Part shown: one piece after another, positions 18,694-22,663 of the stretch | Numbering within the stretch: position 1 is the stretch's first letter | Layout of the letters: each line of letters opens with the position of its first letter | The notes under the pieces: generated by a model | The model's input: only the letters and a program-made list of their open reading frames with translations | What the model was told of the DNA's origin: nothing | Database searches by the model: none | Assembly: GCA_044352465.1 (NCBI GenBank) | Contig: JBILDU010000045.1 | Span: 1-22,663 of the forward strand | Direction: 5' to 3' | Source: Bdellovibrionota bacterium | GTDB taxonomy: Bacteria; Bdellovibrionota_C; UBA2361 | Length of the DNA: 22,663 nucleotides | Translations under genes and position numbers: made by a program

Positions 18694-18930
18694 CTCGCCT
18701 ACCCTAATTGGTTAGTTACACCTAAAAAATCAATCAAATCGTTTTAATCGCCCGCCTCGTCTGGTCGGCCTACACCGTTCACATCGCCGTACAAAGAAGC
18801 CATCGCCGGAGAGGAGAAAACCGAGCCATTTTGCCGCACGAGGGAAACTTTTTTCCGTCTGCGGCCTCTCCTAAAAACCGCGCTTCGCTTAAAAACGTAC
18901 AGTGAACCGCTGTTTCCATTACTTCAGGTT

Positions 18931-18958
18931 AGTTAAACTAAATCACCCCCGATGTAAA
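18931..18958 (-). promoter_or_regulatory. Possible promoter upstream of ftsZ
   Basis: Minus strand TTTACA-N16-TTAACT, immediately after the ftsA stop. Confidence 0.4.
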
Positions 18959-18969
18959 GAAATTTCAGC

Positions 18970-20202
18970 TCAAAAATGCTCCCCAAACCAATTCCCTACC
19001 CGCGCGAGAGCGCGACCAAGCGGAGAGCGCCCTTTACTGAAACGACCACTCGCGGCACTTTGCGCCCCGTGGAGGACGAGCCCCACTCCGGTCGCATATT
19101 GCGGGGCTTTCACCAAGTCGGTTAACCCCCCGACGCCGGTCGGTACCCCGACTCGAACGGGGAGGTTAAATACCTGCTCACCCACCGCCGCGATGCCGCT
19201 GAGGTTCGCCGACCCTCCCGTGAGAACGATTCCGCTCGTGAGATAATCGAGACACCCTGACTTCGCGAGGTCCCGCTGCAAGAGGGTAAAGATCTCGTTA
19301 ACCCGTGGCTCGATAATCTCAGCCAGTACAAGCTTCGAAAGGACCCGCGCAGAGCGCCCCCCGGTTGAGGGGACCTCGATAGTCTCGTCACGGCTGAAGG
19401 CGCTCGCCTGCGCCGCACCAAAACGACACTTGATATCCTCCGCCGCGTTTATCGGGGTGCGGAGCCCGGCGGCGATATCGCTGGTGATAAGATTCCCGCC
19501 GACCGAAATTACCGAAGTGTGCTTGACCGCCCCGGCGTGGAAGACCGTCACATCGGATGTTCCACCCCCGATATCAACGAGACAGACACCCAGCTCCTGC
19601 TCCTCTGGCGATACGACAGCACGCCCCGAGGCGAGACCTGCCAGGACGATATCCTTCACCGCGAGACCACACCGATTGGCACATTTGACGACGTTCTGAG
19701 CGCTCGCCACCGCTCCGGTGACGATGTGCACACGCGCCTCCAGACGAACACCCGAGATTCCGAGCGGCTCGCGAATACCGTCCTGCTCATCGATGATAAA
19801 CTCTTGGGGAAGGACGTGGAGTATCTCCCGATCAAGCGGGATAGCCACCGCCTTAGCTGCTTCGATAACCCGTTCGACGTCGAGCGGGCTTACCTCTTTA
19901 TTTTTGATCCCGACGATACCGTGACTGTTGAAGCCCTTGACGTGCCCGCCCGATATCGCCGCATACACGGAGGTGATATTGACCCCAGCCATCGACTCGG
20001 CCTGAGCGATCGCCTTCGCGATCGAGTCAACAGTAGCCTCAATATTGATGACGACACCCTTTCGAAGCCCACGAGAGGGGCTCGTTCCGACCCCCAAGAC
20101 CTCGATCCGACCATCGGGCGTGTGCTCCGCCACCGTGACATTGATGTTCGTGGTACCGATATCGAGACCAACCAGGATATTGGATTTTAACGCCATGACC
20201 AT
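18970..20202 (-). CDS. ftsA: Cell division protein FtsA
   Basis: GLDIGT, GLRKGVVINIE, DIGGGT, VLTGGSA and a C-terminal amphipathic helix (LARVGNWFGEHF). The start may be the ATG at 20196. Confidence 0.98.
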   Translation of the reverse strand: MVMALKSNILVGLDIGTTNINVTVAEHTPDGRIEVLGVGTSPSRGLRKGVVINIEATVDSIAKAIAQAESMAGVNITSVYAAISGGHVKGFNSHGIVGIKNKEVSPLDVERVIEAAKAVAIPLDREILHVLPQEFIIDEQDGIREPLGISGVRLEARVHIVTGAVASAQNVVKCANRCGLAVKDIVLAGLASGRAVVSPEEQELGVCLVDIGGGTSDVTVFHAGAVKHTSVISVGGNLITSDIAAGLRTPINAAEDIKCRFGAAQASAFSRDETIEVPSTGGRSARVLSKLVLAEIIEPRVNEIFTLLQRDLAKSGCLDYLTSGIVLTGGSANLSGIAAVGEQVFNLPVRVGVPTGVGGLTDLVKAPQYATGVGLVLHGAQSAASGRFSKGRSPLGRALARVGNWFGEHF

Positions 20203-20225
20203 GGGAACGAAATTTAATTTAAGCC

Positions 20226-20254
20226 AGTTAAACCTAGTTCGCGCACCGAGGCAA
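20226..20254 (-). promoter_or_regulatory. Possible promoter upstream of ftsA
   Basis: Minus strand TTGCCT-N17-TTAACT. Confidence 0.45.
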
Positions 20255-20360
20255 GATCTGAATAGCCCGGAGAAAAGTTCTTGGGGGGTTAAATTACAGC
20301 CGCCTGAAAATTACGCTCCCGAGCCGCCCACTCTGGGCCCCGGGGGGATGTGGGCGTCAA

Positions 20361-21167
20361 TTAATCGATGAATTTTACGACCGCGACCCGCTCAAAAGCG
20401 AGGTCTATCGACCTAACAAGACGGTGTTTTTCACCGAGCTCCTCGGCAAGACGAAGATAACGGGCAACCTCGTCCTTAAGCCTCGTCGTATCTCCATCGG
20501 GGAGGGCAAAGGTAATCGTATAGGGCCGATCTTCAAGACGAACGGCAACATCACCCGCGCCAACAAGGGTCGCAGCGCGGACCTTGCGTCCGACCCCCGC
20601 CTCAACCACCTCAATCGTCGCTCGAATGAGGTCAAGGCGAGCTTTGAGAGTATCTGGCGAGGACTTATCGAAGTCGACGCCGCTCAGTATCACCGGGTTA
20701 AATCGACCGCGAGCTTCCGTGTCATCAGCCAGCGCCGACCGCGGCGCGCGACCCATAAACGCTCCGTCCGCTCCGACAAGCCAGACCTTACCCCCGAATT
20801 CCGTAATAAACTCAGGTTGGCGCTCCGTCACCTGAACGATGAAGCACCCCCAACGAAGCCCGCCACACCGCTCAACCGCGACCGCTTTGACGAGTGGATG
20901 CTCGCTGAGGAGGTTCCCTACCCCGTCGCGATTCAGCTCCCACCAAAAATTAGAACGCTCGAGCGGGGCCAAAGCAGCGAGGTCCCCCTGTTCAAGGACA
21001 GCTAAGCCCTGGTAGCGAACCTCTTTGTGAAATCGAAGCCGCTTTACTGTTTGGCCGAAGTCCCACGCTCCATCGCTCGACCGACCGGTAAACAGCCGGC
21101 CGGTGGCATAGCCATACCCGAGGACGGAGATATTCAGAACCAAGAGAGCGGCGAGTAGCTTGCGCAT
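20361..21167 (-). CDS. ftsQ: Cell division protein FtsQ/DivIB-like, divergent
   Basis: N-terminal TM, POTRA-like segment (HPLVKAVAVER...IVQVTERQP) and C-terminal IDLAF. Lies between murB and ftsA. Confidence 0.75.
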   Translation of the reverse strand: MRKLLAALLVLNISVLGYGYATGRLFTGRSSDGAWDFGQTVKRLRFHKEVRYQGLAVLEQGDLAALAPLERSNFWWELNRDGVGNLLSEHPLVKAVAVERCGGLRWGCFIVQVTERQPEFITEFGGKVWLVGADGAFMGRAPRSALADDTEARGRFNPVILSGVDFDKSSPDTLKARLDLIRATIEVVEAGVGRKVRAATLVGAGDVAVRLEDRPYTITFALPDGDTTRLKDEVARYLRLAEELGEKHRLVRSIDLAFERVAVVKFID

Positions 21168-22128
21168 ACGGAAAGATTTACCACTCGTTGTTCGGGGGAT
21201 GGAAGGTGTAATTCATCGGGAGAGGGCCGCGCAGCAAAAAAGTCAGTTTGCGCCGGCGAGATCCCGCATCCCCACGCCGTCACATAGAGTAGAGAAACGA
21301 AAAATAAGTGGGGGGAAGTAAGCGTAAAGGTATTAAGGGGAGAAAGTAAGAAGGAGTGACTGCAACGAAACGGTCCTTAGAAAAAAAGGCCGAAAAACAA
21401 GAAAAAGAAAAAACGCGGTGCCCTGGGGGAGCAAACTGCCTGAGGGGTGGATGCGCTCCAGAGGAGGGCAAAGGGAGAGTCTCTTATTCCCCAGGGCACC
21501 GCGGAATTTTAAAAATAAACGAGGGGCGACGGAACAGCGGGAAGAGTCACGCCGAGGGCTTCGAAGGGGTGTCGGATTCGAAGCATCTCTCAGTCGGACA
21601 GCATTTCCACTTTTTAAACTGTTCCGTCGCACCGCTCGTGGGGGGTCTTCTCCAAGATCGCAATCGAGCGTGGAGCGGCAAACTCGCGCGGGCTCGATTC
21701 CGAACTTAGAGAAGACAAAACGGGACAAAACCGTGTGAACCTAAAAAAATCGTTCCGTTGCAGCCGTATAACAGATGAATACCAACCGTTATAAGGCTGC
21801 ACGCAGGAGGCACTTCTACCAGTTAAATCTTCGGGAGGGTTGAAAGAACAAACTATCCAAAGAATAAGCAGTATCGAATGGGTAGTCAAACACCTCCCCA
21901 AAAGTCTCCGAGGCCTGCGCCGCGGTGCCTCAAAATGGGCTAGGCTCACCAACTTTCGCTTCTTGATTTCAACTACTTACCGCAGCTCGAGACCTCCAGC
22001 GCCGCATCAAAGATACCGCTCGGGAATGAGACAAGCGCCGCCGCGAGGAGCGCCTATCGGGGCGAAGCTGGGAAAGTGGCAGAGACGACAAATTCCAATA
22101 AAAACCGACAACTGAGCACCGCACGTCT

Positions 22129-22663
22129 CTATAAAATGGGGGGCTCGGTCGTGGCGCTCCAGACAACGACCTCGGGCTCGAGGTGCCCTTCTCCGCGCTC
22201 AAAAGCCAGCCGCTGACACTCCCCGATGAGCTTGCGGACGTCGTCGACCGAAGCGCGGCGGTGTGGATTGACGATCCAGTTAGCATGCAAGGTCGATATC
22301 TCAGCCCCCCCGATCTGCCTCCCCTTGAGCCCCAAGCCATCGAGGATAGCACCAGCGCTGCGAGACGCGCTTGGGTTCTTAAATACCGAGCCGAAACTTG
22401 GAACGGTGAGAGGCTGGGTCGCTTTTCGGTAAGCCAGCAGCTCGCTCCGTTTGCGTTCGATATCCTCGCGGTGTCCCGGCCGCAGTCGCAGGCAAGCCGC
22501 CGTGACGATAGCTCCCGCGGGCAGTTCGGCCCGTCGATACCCAAAGTTCAACTCAGTGCCCTTCAGGGTGAAACGCTCCCCCGCCTTATCGATACAATCG
22601 ACCGATTCTAATATGTCAGCCATCTGCCCACCGTGCGCCCCGGCGTTCATCCTCACCGCGCCG
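22129..22663 (-). CDS. murB: UDP-N-acetylenolpyruvoylglucosamine reductase, 3' part (5' end outside the window)
   Basis: MNAGA, FGYR, RKATQP...FGSVFKNP, IGGA.IS..HANWIVN and LEPEV. Confidence 0.95.
   Translation of the reverse strand, partial: GAVRMNAGAHGGQMADILESVDCIDKAGERFTLKGTELNFGYRRAELPAGAIVTAACLRLRPGHREDIERKRSELLAYRKATQPLTVPSFGSVFKNPSASRSAGAILDGLGLKGRQIGGAEISTLHANWIVNPHRRASVDDVRKLIGECQRLAFERGEGHLEPEVVVWSATTEPPIL

Noticed and set aside
20258..20330. GGAG...TTGGGGGGTTAAA, resembling part of a c-di-AMP riboswitch
   Set aside because: It is on the wrong strand for ftsA, and the 3' CCCGUCAGCUAAC element is missing.
22068..22095. GGGAAAGTGGCAGAGAC, reminiscent of RNase P RNA
   Set aside because: The conserved GAGGAAAGUCC and 3' ACAGAA.CCGGCUUA elements are not present.
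21840..22115. 91-aa plus-strand ORF preceded by GGGAGG
   Set aside because: The SD-like sequence lies only one base from the TTG, and the product is Arg/Ser/Pro-rich with no recognisable fold.

Overview
This is a GC-rich bacterial chromosome segment of mostly core housekeeping genes, nearly all on the minus strand. Gene content and protein style suggest a Gram-negative, deltaproteobacteria-like lineage (inference). Reading right to left: the 3' end of the dcw cluster (murB partial, ftsQ, ftsA, ftsZ), a 794-aa tandem double-domain D-Ala-D-Ala ligase, surE-ftsE-ftsX-envC-ctpA, tRNA-Val(GAC)-rpmI-rplT, rimI-pyrD, carD-ispD-DapD-like acyltransferase-small nucleotidyltransferase, a plus-strand PhnP-like MBL hydrolase, a DUF1844 protein and an ECF sigma factor. 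I see no mobile element, CRISPR array or defence island. The most interesting points are: (1) the two-domain Ddl, whose halves carry different specificity residues and which sits outside the usual murB-ddl-ftsQ slot; (2) a divergent, N-terminally extended DapD-like protein and a nucleotidyltransferase occupying the usual ispF position; (3) a recurrent AGTTA(A/C)A(C/T) motif in all three fts spacers; (4) no thrS/infC or pheST around rpmI-rplT; (5) several long, structured leaders or intergenic regions. All assignments come from motif recognition by eye; no searches were run.
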